Virus record (IMG/VR): IMGVR_UViG_2740891848_000001
Coordinates: 17,840 to 81,839 of that record
DNA length: 64,000 nucleotides
From: a virus
Lineage: Duplodnaviria; Caudoviricetes
Direction: 5' to 3' (one strand)
The translations under genes and the position numbers were made by a program. The notes under the pieces were generated by a model, which was not told the DNA's origin, searched no databases, and saw only the letters and a list, made by a program, of their open reading frames with translations. Below are positions 46,564 through 55,211 of this stretch, one piece after another. Within the stretch, counting starts at the first letter, position 1, and every line of letters begins with the position of its first letter.

Positions 46564-49500
46564 TGAAACTGCTCGAAAAAGACCCCCAAGGCCTACGTGG
46601 TGCGGGGGGCGGCTCCAGCGGCCCTGACCGTACCAGCGACAATCTCTTCTCCCGAGACGTGGTCGAGATGGTGCTCGCACTGGGCGAAGGTCCGATCCGC
46701 GGACTGACGAACGGCATGAAATCGTTCTACGTAGGCGGCACGCCACTCCAGTCGGAAGACGGCTCGGTCAACTTTGAGTCGTTCAACTTGGGGGTCATGC
46801 GTGGTCACGTAGGAGATCCGCCCGTCAACTACCAACTCGGCGGTGAAACATCCAACACCGCTGTGGGGGTCCGGCTGTTCCAAGGCACTTGGGTCACGCG
46901 CCAGACCGACAGCTCGCTGGTCAATGTTGTCGATCAACTTCAGGTTCGGATTCAGTTCAACGCCCTGTACGTGCAGAACGACAAGGGGTCGTACAACAAT
47001 ACCGCCAACTTCGACATCCAGTACCGCCAGTCGAACAGTAGCGGTGCGTGGGCTTCGGTCACTGGGAACACCATCAAGGTCACCGGCAAGACAACCGCTG
47101 GCTACGTCGTTGACTACTGCTGGGACGTTCCACGCGTCAACACGACATGGGATATCCGGGTCCGAAAGAATAACCCCGACAGCTCGACAACCGACTTCTG
47201 CGACCTGTCGTGGGAAAGCTTCCAGATGGTCACGAAGGGCAACCGCACGTATGACCGTGTGGCCCTCATGCACCTTGTCGCCCTCGCGACCAGCCAGTTC
47301 ACGTCGATCCCGGACTTTGGTGTGGACGTTGACGGGCTTGAGATCCTGATCCCGACGAATTACAACGGGGACACGCATACCTATGACCTGTCCGCCCCCG
47401 TCTGGGATGGCTCTTTCAAGCAGGCGTGGTCGAACAACCCGGCGTGGATTCTGTATGACCTCTTGATGAACCCGAGCTACGGGCTGCGCAAGTATTACCC
47501 GTGGTTGACCTGCAACCGCTTCGACTTCTACGACGCTGCCCGGTGGTGCGATACGCTCGTACCGGACGGACGGGGTGGTCAGCAGCCGCGCTACACCTTC
47601 AACCTGGCGATCAAGGACCAGCAGGCCGGTCTCGACATGCTCCAGTACGTGGCGGGCACGTTTGGCGCGGTCATCTTCGACGATGCTACCGGCATGGTTC
47701 ATCTCCGCGTAGACAAGTGGGAAGAGCCTCAGTTGCTCTTCACGCCGGAGAACATCACCCCCGAGGGCTTCAGTTACACGTTCTCGGACATCACCACCCG
47801 GTACAACGACCTCGAAGTCAACTTCGTGAACCCGGATCTCGACTGGCAAAAGGACATGCGGCCTTGCCAGAATCCGGATCACATCGCGCTCAACGGACAC
47901 ATCACGAGCACGTTCGAGGCTATCGGTTGCACGGACGAACATGAAGCGCTGCGCCGTGCTTACTACCGGATGATCACGGCAACCACCGAGTGCGCAACGG
48001 TTAGTTTTACGACGGCACGGCTCGGCGTGATCGTAGACCCCTACAAGCCGATTTATGTCGCGGACCCCAGCGCGGGCTTCTCGATGCCGGGGCGGATCAA
48101 GTCGATCTTCAACGGGGTGATCTACCTCCGCGACCCGATCTACTTCACGGTGGTGCAAGATTACACGCTGCTCCTTCAGACGCGCAGCGGTCTTGTTCCG
48201 CTCGTCGTGCGGCCTGCGGATGTCGGCTCGACGTACCAGATCTCGATTACGTCTAGCGTAATTCCCCCAGACGTGCCTGATAGGACCGTCTTCACTATCG
48301 AAGACAACGGCGGCTTCGGTATCGCCAAGCCGTTCCGTGTCATTGCGATTGACCCGCAGGACAACAACCCGAACTCGTTCAAGCTCACCGCGGTTGAGAT
48401 GAACGTGAACAAGCAGTGGGCTGCGGACAATTGCGTTCCGATCGGCAGCGTTCCCTACTCGTTCAAGAACCCGCTGGTCCCACCGCCGCCGACGAAGATG
48501 GCTCTGGCCTCCGGAACCGACGAGATGATCATCGGCCAGGACGGCTCGATCATGGCCCGCATCTTTGCCTCGTGGGACGCACCTGGCAACGCGATGATTG
48601 ACCACTACGACATCGCGTGGAAGCCGTCGAACCAGTCGACGTGGACATACACGACCAGCTCCGGTGAAAGCGTCTTCCTCGCTCCGGCCATCTCGGGTGA
48701 GCTTTACGACATCACCGTATGGGCGGTCAACGCCTTCGGCAACCGCAGCTCACAGCTGTCCACCTGGGGCTATAAGTGCGTCGGGAAGGATGATCCGCCG
48801 AGCAACGTCACGAACTTCACGGTTGTGCGCCGCCAGAACGACATCCTGCTGAAGTGGGACGCGATCAAGGATCTTGACCGTGCTGGCTACGAGATCCGCC
48901 TTGGCACCAGCTGGGACACGGCGACCGTGCTGGTCACGGACTACCAGGCGACGCAGTTCGCGTGGACGACCGACACCGGAGGTCTGTACACCTTCCTGAT
49001 CCGCGCGATCGACACGAGCGGCAATCGCTCCCTGCTGCCGACGCAGCAGCAGATCAGCCTCGTCGGTCCCTCGCCGGTCAAGGGAGTGATCGCGATCCAG
49101 TCTGGCAACCGTATCGAGTTCCGCTGGAACCCGAACCCGGAAAACAACATCCTCAGCTACGAGATGCGCGAAGGCGACACATGGAACACCGCAGTGTTCG
49201 TCGCACAGACCAAAGCTACCTCGTTCGGCCTCACGGCCGGTGCGGCCGGCACGCGCAAGTTCTGGATCAAGGCGTTCGGCTCGCCGGGGATCTATTCCGA
49301 CAAGGCGACGTTCGTCACGACCGATGTCGCGCAGAGCGACAGCACCAACATCATCTATACCAGCGACGAACTGGCGCGAGGCTTCAAGGGCACGCGCTAC
49401 AACATGGTCGTCTACGGGAACTCTCTGCGCATGGACGATGGCAAGGACCGCGCTGAGTACATCTTCAGCGTCAACCTGCCGACCGACTTCCGCGCCCAGA

Positions 49501-50165
49501 ACACTCTGTTCATCGGCCTCGACGCGATCGTGGACATGACGACGAAGTGGAACGAAGCCAACTGGTCGTGGAACGACCCGAAGGCACAGCAGCCGTGGGC
49601 GTCTCAGGGTGACATCTCGTCGATCAACTACCTCGCCGAGATCTCGATGCTGTCAACCACCGCCGACAGCCTGCTGTACGCATGGAAGCTCGATGGCGAC
49701 CTGACCTATGCCGGCCCGGGTGATGACGGCGAGATTATGGAACAGCAGAACGTCAGCTACGGCGCGGGCAAGTTCGGCTCGGGTCTGTTGGTCCAGACGC
49801 CCCCGCTGCAACCGATCCCGACACGCGTGACATTCAGCACGAACATCCCCAACACGTTCGCCAACTGGTTCTGGGTCGTACCGCACGACTTGCTAGACGA
49901 CACCTATGTGAGCTGCTGCGGCCGGAACGGTCGACAGATCACCATCGGTTACGAGGCGTCGATCCTCAGCGTGTATGCAATCGACGACCATGGGCTGAAG
50001 ATCTCCGTCCCTATGGGACTCAAGGTGGGCGAACGCTACTTGATCGGTATCTCGCAAGAAGCCAACAAGCGCACGCTCTATATCGGCACCGAAAACGGCG
50101 CGACCTATAGCGGCTCGATCACGGCTCCCGGTATCGGGCCGACAATCAACTACTCGCTCTACTGA
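46563..50165 (+). CDS. Central tail-tip/host specificity protein (TipJ-like)
   Basis: EGPIRGL, WSNNPAWILYD, PRYTFN, and FN3 repeats. Confidence 0.88.
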   Translation: MKLLEKDPQGLRGAGGGSSGPDRTSDNLFSRDVVEMVLALGEGPIRGLTNGMKSFYVGGTPLQSEDGSVNFESFNLGVMRGHVGDPPVNYQLGGETSNTAVGVRLFQGTWVTRQTDSSLVNVVDQLQVRIQFNALYVQNDKGSYNNTANFDIQYRQSNSSGAWASVTGNTIKVTGKTTAGYVVDYCWDVPRVNTTWDIRVRKNNPDSSTTDFCDLSWESFQMVTKGNRTYDRVALMHLVALATSQFTSIPDFGVDVDGLEILIPTNYNGDTHTYDLSAPVWDGSFKQAWSNNPAWILYDLLMNPSYGLRKYYPWLTCNRFDFYDAARWCDTLVPDGRGGQQPRYTFNLAIKDQQAGLDMLQYVAGTFGAVIFDDATGMVHLRVDKWEEPQLLFTPENITPEGFSYTFSDITTRYNDLEVNFVNPDLDWQKDMRPCQNPDHIALNGHITSTFEAIGCTDEHEALRRAYYRMITATTECATVSFTTARLGVIVDPYKPIYVADPSAGFSMPGRIKSIFNGVIYLRDPIYFTVVQDYTLLLQTRSGLVPLVVRPADVGSTYQISITSSVIPPDVPDRTVFTIEDNGGFGIAKPFRVIAIDPQDNNPNSFKLTAVEMNVNKQWAADNCVPIGSVPYSFKNPLVPPPPTKMALASGTDEMIIGQDGSIMARIFASWDAPGNAMIDHYDIAWKPSNQSTWTYTTSSGESVFLAPAISGELYDITVWAVNAFGNRSSQLSTWGYKCVGKDDPPSNVTNFTVVRRQNDILLKWDAIKDLDRAGYEIRLGTSWDTATVLVTDYQATQFAWTTDTGGLYTFLIRAIDTSGNRSLLPTQQQISLVGPSPVKGVIAIQSGNRIEFRWNPNPENNILSYEMREGDTWNTAVFVAQTKATSFGLTAGAAGTRKFWIKAFGSPGIYSDKATFVTTDVAQSDSTNIIYTSDELARGFKGTRYNMVVYGNSLRMDDGKDRAEYIFSVNLPTDFRAQNTLFIGLDAIVDMTTKWNEANWSWNDPKAQQPWASQGDISSINYLAEISMLSTTADSLLYAWKLDGDLTYAGPGDDGEIMEQQNVSYGAGKFGSGLLVQTPPLQPIPTRVTFSTNIPNTFANWFWVVPHDLLDDTYVSCCGRNGRQITIGYEASILSVYAIDDHGLKISVPMGLKVGERYLIGISQEANKRTLYIGTENGATYSGSITAPGIGPTINYSLY

Positions 50166-50166
50166 T

Positions 50167-50628
50167 ATGGCGCACGTAATCTCAGACATCGGGGTGTCGA
50201 AGGACACCATGTCCCTGACCAAGTTCACTGAACAGCTGCTGTCCGATGCACCCATCGGATACACACCGTTTCAACCGTTTGTGCAGGGCGACTACGACTA
50301 TCAAAGCGCTTTGTTCCGCATTTCGTTGAACTCGACAAACGGAGACCGTGGGGTCATCAACAAGCTGAACGTCACGGTCGACGTGCCCGACATGTTCGAC
50401 CACGGCGACCAGATCATCTCGGAAACAACCGCGCCGACGCGGATCTTCTTCGCGCGCCCATTCCACGTCCCGCCCACAGTGGTCCTGTCGGTGCAGAGCG
50501 CGAGCGATCCGTGTGTGGCCAAGCTGGTTGGCCAGCCGACGCGCAAGTACTTCGACATGATCCTCGAACGAACGGAAGACAAAGCGATCATCGACGGTGC
50601 TGCAACTTGGGCCGCTCACGCGTACTGA
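50167..50628 (+). CDS. Tail-tip accessory protein
   Basis: 153 aa directly after TipJ; IFFARPFHVPPTV resembles a fibre H-type/lectin-like segment. Confidence 0.5.
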   Translation: MAHVISDIGVSKDTMSLTKFTEQLLSDAPIGYTPFQPFVQGDYDYQSALFRISLNSTNGDRGVINKLNVTVDVPDMFDHGDQIISETTAPTRIFFARPFHVPPTVVLSVQSASDPCVAKLVGQPTRKYFDMILERTEDKAIIDGAATWAAHAY

Positions 50629-50637
50629 AACTCCTTT

Positions 50638-50688
50638 GGCGCGCTGGCCCGCGCCCGTAAAATTCGGATAGCGAAAGGACACCACCAC
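50638..50688 (+). promoter_or_regulatory. Leader with a CTGGCC-loop hairpin followed by CACCACCAC
   Basis: GGCGCG-ctggcc-CGCGCC (50638-55), AAGGA SD, CACCACCAC (50680-88), ATG at 50690. Confidence 0.65.
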
Positions 50689-50689
50689 G

Positions 50690-52135
50690 ATGCAAGAATT
50701 TCAGCAGATACCAGACAGTCAGCGGATCTCCGACTCGCTCGCGCCGCTGCTAAACAACGACCTCACCGCGATCTCGCGGAATGCTGGCCAAGCGTACCCG
50801 ACCACTGGCCTGGTCGTGGGCATGCCGTATCTCAGCACGCAAGAAAACAAGCTCTACCGGCTGGCCAGCCTGTCTCCGATCACTTGGACTCTGGAGCTGG
50901 ACTTTAATCGCGCGATGGCATATGCGGATGATGTAGCTGCTGCGGTGGCGAACGCCAATGGGCGCGTGTCCCGTGGCGGCGACACAATGACTGGCTACCT
51001 CACACTCAACGGCGATCCGACGCAGGCACTGCACGCGGCACCGAAGCGCTACGTGGACGCGCAGCGCGACGCGGCGATCGCTATCGCCAACCTGGCGATG
51101 CAGCGGTCGGGCGGCACGATGACCGGCCCGCTGCTGCTTTCCTCGGACCCGACGCAGCCAGCGCAGGCCTCGACGAAGAACTACACCGACTACCTCTACA
51201 ACGCGCTGAATAACGCGAAGTTGAACCGCAGCGGCGACACGCTCGGAGAGGTTTACAACAACGGCTGGTATCGCTCGAATGGAGCGGTGGGCTGGTTCAA
51301 CCAGACCTACGGCGGCGGCATCTTCATGCAGAACTCCGGCTACGTGTCGGTCTATGGCGGCAAGGGCTTCTCGACCGACACTCACACGCTGGAGCAAGGG
51401 ACTGGTGGGATCTGGACTTCACGCTATGGGTGGCTGGAGAACCGCTTCGCGGCAAAGGACGCAGAGGGGGCGCTTACCTCGGTCGGGACAGTAGACAAAG
51501 CCGGTGGCAACGTCTCGTGGCCTGCCGGCTTCTACCTACAGCAGAGCGGCCGACAGGTCCAGCTGGTCCGGACCTCGACCAACTGCAACTGCAACTGCGC
51601 CTGCACCTGTTTCCCGGCTGGCACGCGGATCATGATGGCCGACCGCTCCTGGAAGAACGTCGAGGACATCGTCGTCGGCGACGTGCTGATGACGCCGCTC
51701 GGCCCCGAATCCGTGCTCGATGTCGAGACGCCAAAACTAGGCGACCGCTGGATGGTTGGCTTCGAAGACGAGCCCTTCCGCTGGACCGACGACCACGCCT
51801 TCTGGACGCGCCGACACGGCGAGCAGGGGCTGGGTGTCTACGACAAGGAGTCGTGGCTGAACGGTGTGCACGCAGGCGTGGTCAAGGGGCTTCCCGACAA
51901 TGATGACGTTCGTCTTTTGGACGACCGCTCGGACGAATTCGCGCACATCTCCGGTTGGAAGCGTAAGACGCTGGCTCGCTTCCCCTACCCGTCACAGACG
52001 CCAGTCTACCTGCCGATCGTCGGCGGTTGCCACATGATCATCGCGGAAGGCTACGTGGTCTCGGCCGGTGCGGACGGCTTCGATTTCGACTACAGCACCT
52101 TCAACTGGGAGGGTTTGAAAGATGCTGCTGCATAA
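50690..52135 (+). CDS. Tail fibre with a Cys-rich NCNCNCACT motif and a C-terminal Hint domain
   Basis: xGDTMTGxL fibre repeats and a PilV/fibre-like NGWYRSNG..GW.N..YGGG segment. Hint block A CFPAGT (Cys307, nt 51608), block B WTDDH, block F-like VYLPIV.GCHMIIAEGYVV. Confidence 0.8.
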   Translation: MQEFQQIPDSQRISDSLAPLLNNDLTAISRNAGQAYPTTGLVVGMPYLSTQENKLYRLASLSPITWTLELDFNRAMAYADDVAAAVANANGRVSRGGDTMTGYLTLNGDPTQALHAAPKRYVDAQRDAAIAIANLAMQRSGGTMTGPLLLSSDPTQPAQASTKNYTDYLYNALNNAKLNRSGDTLGEVYNNGWYRSNGAVGWFNQTYGGGIFMQNSGYVSVYGGKGFSTDTHTLEQGTGGIWTSRYGWLENRFAAKDAEGALTSVGTVDKAGGNVSWPAGFYLQQSGRQVQLVRTSTNCNCNCACTCFPAGTRIMMADRSWKNVEDIVVGDVLMTPLGPESVLDVETPKLGDRWMVGFEDEPFRWTDDHAFWTRRHGEQGLGVYDKESWLNGVHAGVVKGLPDNDDVRLLDDRSDEFAHISGWKRKTLARFPYPSQTPVYLPIVGGCHMIIAEGYVVSAGADGFDFDYSTFNWEGLKDAAA

Positions 52136-52826
52136 GTCCCTGATCCCCGCCACTCTCGCGGGAGATGATCTGAAGAAAGTCGGCGCGGTAGCCACCGCGA
52201 TTGCGACGCCCACCGGCTTCGTGGTCAGCTGCAAGGAACTGTCGCTCTACTGGCAGTTCGACTTGCAGAAAGTCGAGTTCGGGCTCGATGTCTTGCATCT
52301 GGTAAAGAGCCGCACGGGTCAGTACGTGCCGGTCTGGGGTAGCGATCTTCACGAGTCGAAGGATAGCTGGTCGAGCTGCATGTTCCGCAAGAACCTCGAC
52401 TCATTCCAGCCTGTTTGCATCGTCGGGGTTGCCGCCGACAAGAAGAGCTTCACCGTGGTCTTCTTCGTCAACACGCAAGAACCGAACAACCCGACGCCGC
52501 AGGAGGATAGCTCCACGGATTCGGGTGACATGCTGCTAAAGCGCGTGATGCCCGAGCTGGCTCCGACCATCGACCGCTGGCACGCGAAGCACAAGCTGCT
52601 GAAGGACACGAAGACGAACGACTCCCTCGCCGCGCTCGAAGCACAAGTGGATCTACTCACGCAGTGGGTCTCCGCGTTGATCCCCGACGAGTACCGCCAG
52701 AAACTCCTTGACGCTGGTGTGCTGAAACTGAAGGATACGAAGATCGTTGTCGATGACGTGGTCGCGTTCAAAACCGCGCTCCGCGCGCGGCAGGAAACCT
52801 ACCTCACCACCACAGAGCAGCAATGA
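52122..52826 (+). CDS. Hypothetical protein coupled to the fibre and radical SAM genes
   Basis: 234 aa; overlaps the fibre stop (14 nt) and the rSAM start (ATGA). Confidence 0.7.
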   Translation: MLLHKSLIPATLAGDDLKKVGAVATAIATPTGFVVSCKELSLYWQFDLQKVEFGLDVLHLVKSRTGQYVPVWGSDLHESKDSWSSCMFRKNLDSFQPVCIVGVAADKKSFTVVFFVNTQEPNNPTPQEDSSTDSGDMLLKRVMPELAPTIDRWHAKHKLLKDTKTNDSLAALEAQVDLLTQWVSALIPDEYRQKLLDAGVLKLKDTKIVVDDVVAFKTALRARQETYLTTTEQQ

Positions 52827-54172
52827 CCTCGTTCGTTCTGAAAGCGCTCGACGCCGCTGGCGTCGAGCGTAGTTTTTTGTACAACAACATGTCGAGCCAA
52901 TTGACGGACGCGAGCACTGGCCGCTCGCTCATGTCAAAGACCGGCGACCACCCGTACGTGCCTGCCAAGCCCCCCGGCCGCAAGGACGCGATCATCCGCA
53001 CCCTGAAGATCCAACTGGGCCTCTCGTGCAACTACAGCTGCGAATACTGCTCGCAGCGCTTCGTACCGCACGGCGAGCAAACCGGCCCTTACTCCGTCGA
53101 TCACTTCATGTCGCGCCTGACATGGTCTGCCAGCCTCGCTGACGACGCGACGGTCGAGTTCTGGGGTGGCGAGCCGCTGGTCTACTGGAAGACGCTCGTG
53201 CCGCTCGTAGACGCGCTCCGGATGCGCTACCCTGCCCTTACCCTCAAGATGATCACGAACGGCTCCCTGCTCGACCAGAATAGGATCGCGTGGCTGATCA
53301 CGAATGGATTCCAGATTGGCCTCTCACACGATGGTCCCGGCCAGAATACGCGCGGCCCTGACCCGCTCGACGATCCGCTCGCGCGCGAGGCGATCCTGAC
53401 GCTGTACCAGCGTCTGGCGCCGTTGGGTCGCATGTCGTTCAACACCATGCTGCACAAGGACAACCGGTCGCGCGCGGCGGCGCAGAAGTTCTTCATTGAG
53501 CTGACCGGCGACCCGAACGTGCCGATCGGCGAAGGCATGATGATCGACGCCTACGACGAGGGCGGCAAAGGCATGTCGATGGACAACCTGGCCGATCACA
53601 TCGTCTACCGCAAGCAAGCCTTCGAAGAGCTGCGCCGCGGCGACGCGATCAACTTCACGAGCGTGACTGAGAAGATCCACGATTTCGCACGCTCGGTCGA
53701 GACGAGCCGACCCGGCATTGCAGTTGGCCAGAAGTGCGGCTCCGATCGCGGCGACAGCCTGACGGTCACGCTCAACGGCGACGTGCTGACGTGCCAGAAC
53801 GTATCGACCGTTTCCGTCGCGCCAAACGGCAAGAGCCACCGCGCCGGCTCGCTCGAAAACATCGACGCGGTGCGCGTCGAATCGTCACGTCACTGGTCAA
53901 CCCGCAAAGACTGTTCGAGCTGCCCGGTCGTGCAGCTCTGCAAAGGCTCCTGCATGTTTCTTGAGAACGATCTCTGGGACGTGACCTGTGAGAGCGCCTA
54001 CAGCGACAACGTGGTGTTCTTGGCCACCGCCTTGTTCGAGCTGACTGGCTGCAGCCTGAGAACCATCGAGCCGATGACTGGCGAGTTGCCCGAGCACCGC
54101 CGCAACGTCTTCGGCCCTATCACCAACACGCGGTCCACCACCCGCAAACCTATCTGGATCAAACAGCAATGA
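52823..54172 (+). CDS. Radical SAM enzyme with a SPASM domain
   Basis: CNYSCEYC (CxxxCxxC), FWGGEPL, ITNGSLL, SHDG. SPASM cysteines KCG...TCQ...CSSCPVVQLCKGSC...C. Confidence 0.93.
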   Translation: MTSFVLKALDAAGVERSFLYNNMSSQLTDASTGRSLMSKTGDHPYVPAKPPGRKDAIIRTLKIQLGLSCNYSCEYCSQRFVPHGEQTGPYSVDHFMSRLTWSASLADDATVEFWGGEPLVYWKTLVPLVDALRMRYPALTLKMITNGSLLDQNRIAWLITNGFQIGLSHDGPGQNTRGPDPLDDPLAREAILTLYQRLAPLGRMSFNTMLHKDNRSRAAAQKFFIELTGDPNVPIGEGMMIDAYDEGGKGMSMDNLADHIVYRKQAFEELRRGDAINFTSVTEKIHDFARSVETSRPGIAVGQKCGSDRGDSLTVTLNGDVLTCQNVSTVSVAPNGKSHRAGSLENIDAVRVESSRHWSTRKDCSSCPVVQLCKGSCMFLENDLWDVTCESAYSDNVVFLATALFELTGCSLRTIEPMTGELPEHRRNVFGPITNTRSTTRKPIWIKQQ

Positions 54173-54546
54173 ACGAAGCCCCACAACCCCTCGACGCCCA
54201 GCCGCTGATCGACGCGCTGACGCGCCAACGTAACGAGCAAATGGACCGCGTCGCACACGCGGAGGCCGCGCTGTTCACCACGCAGCAGGCTCTTCAAACC
54301 GCGCTCGCTTCGAGCGCGAAGGTTCAGTCGATGCTCGACGACACGCTGGTCGCAATGCAACAACAGCAGGATCTGAATGAACTGAACAAGATTGAGCAAG
54401 AGCGCGCGACCGTTGGCCTGCGCGAGCAGGTCAAGAACCTCCAAGACCAACTCGCCGCGCACCAGGCTGTGCCGGCGACCGCACCGAGCGGCATCGTGAT
54501 CCCGCCGCTCGGCACGCTGCCCGAAGCCAACGCGATTACCGCCTGA
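54169..54546 (+). CDS. Gln-rich coiled-coil protein
   Basis: 125 aa with an ATGA overlap with the rSAM gene. Confidence 0.65.
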   Translation: MNEAPQPLDAQPLIDALTRQRNEQMDRVAHAEAALFTTQQALQTALASSAKVQSMLDDTLVAMQQQQDLNELNKIEQERATVGLREQVKNLQDQLAAHQAVPATAPSGIVIPPLGTLPEANAITA

Positions 54547-54572
54547 TACCACTCTGGTTCAGAGTAGTTCAC

Positions 54573-54598
54573 AAGGGAACCCACGCGGTTCCCTTTTC
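54573..54598 (+). terminator. Rho-independent terminator
   Basis: AAGGGAACC-cacgc-GGTTCCCTTTT closes the fibre/rSAM operon. Confidence 0.75.
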
Positions 54599-54680
54599 GT
54601 TTGCTGTGCGAAGAAACTCTTTGTATTGAGTTTTCACGGCCAATAAAATTTCGGCACTCACCACCACCACAGAGTGCTTC

Positions 54681-55211
54681 ATGGCCATCACATCCGATCA
54701 GCTTCGGCAGATCTGGACGCACGCACCGACAGCTCGATGTGTGACGTTTGCCCCGCTGCTGAACTCCGCGATGTCGCGCTTCGGCATCGACACCTCCGAA
54801 GAGATCGTCGAGTTCCTGGCGCAAGTCTCGCACGAGTCTGGCGAAGGCCAATGGCTCAAGGAACTTGCCAGCGGGCAGGCCTATGAAGGCCGCAAAGACC
54901 TCGGCAACACGCAACCTGGTTGGGGCGTCTTGTACAAAGGCCGCGGCTTGATCCAATGCACGGGCTACACGAACTACGTGCTCATGGGTCTTCTGCTCGA
55001 CCTCGACCTGATCAACCACCCGGAACTGCTCGAACTACCGGAGAACGCCTGTCTGAGCGCTGCGGCTTTCTGGTGGAACCATCGTCTCGACGACCTCGCG
55101 GCGAAGAAAGATTTCATCGCAGTCACGAAGGTGGTCAACGGTGGCACCAACGGCCTCGCCGATCGTCAGCACTATCTCGCCTTGGCCCGCGCCGCGCTGG
55201 GAGTCAACTGA
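54681..55211 (+). CDS. Endolysin, glycoside hydrolase family 19
   Basis: FLAQVSHESG, YKGRGLIQCTGYTNY, VTKVVNGGTNGLADR. Confidence 0.93.
   Translation: MAITSDQLRQIWTHAPTARCVTFAPLLNSAMSRFGIDTSEEIVEFLAQVSHESGEGQWLKELASGQAYEGRKDLGNTQPGWGVLYKGRGLIQCTGYTNYVLMGLLLDLDLINHPELLELPENACLSAAAFWWNHRLDDLAAKKDFIAVTKVVNGGTNGLADRQHYLALARAALGVN

Noticed and set aside
51200-51450. Shufflon or diversity-generating retroelement acting on the fibre
   Set aside because: A PilV-like segment is present, but no Rci/invertase, inverted cassettes, reverse transcriptase or template repeat is seen in the window.
51608-52135. Canonical splicing intein in the tail fibre
   Set aside because: No His-Asn plus C/S/T block G, no homing endonuclease and only a short C-terminal tail; treated as a Hint/BIL-like domain instead.
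9500-54670. Chi-like recombination sites (GNTGGTGG) explaining GTGGTGG
   Set aside because: Copies follow gene orientation and cluster at start codons rather than being dispersed; not fully excluded.
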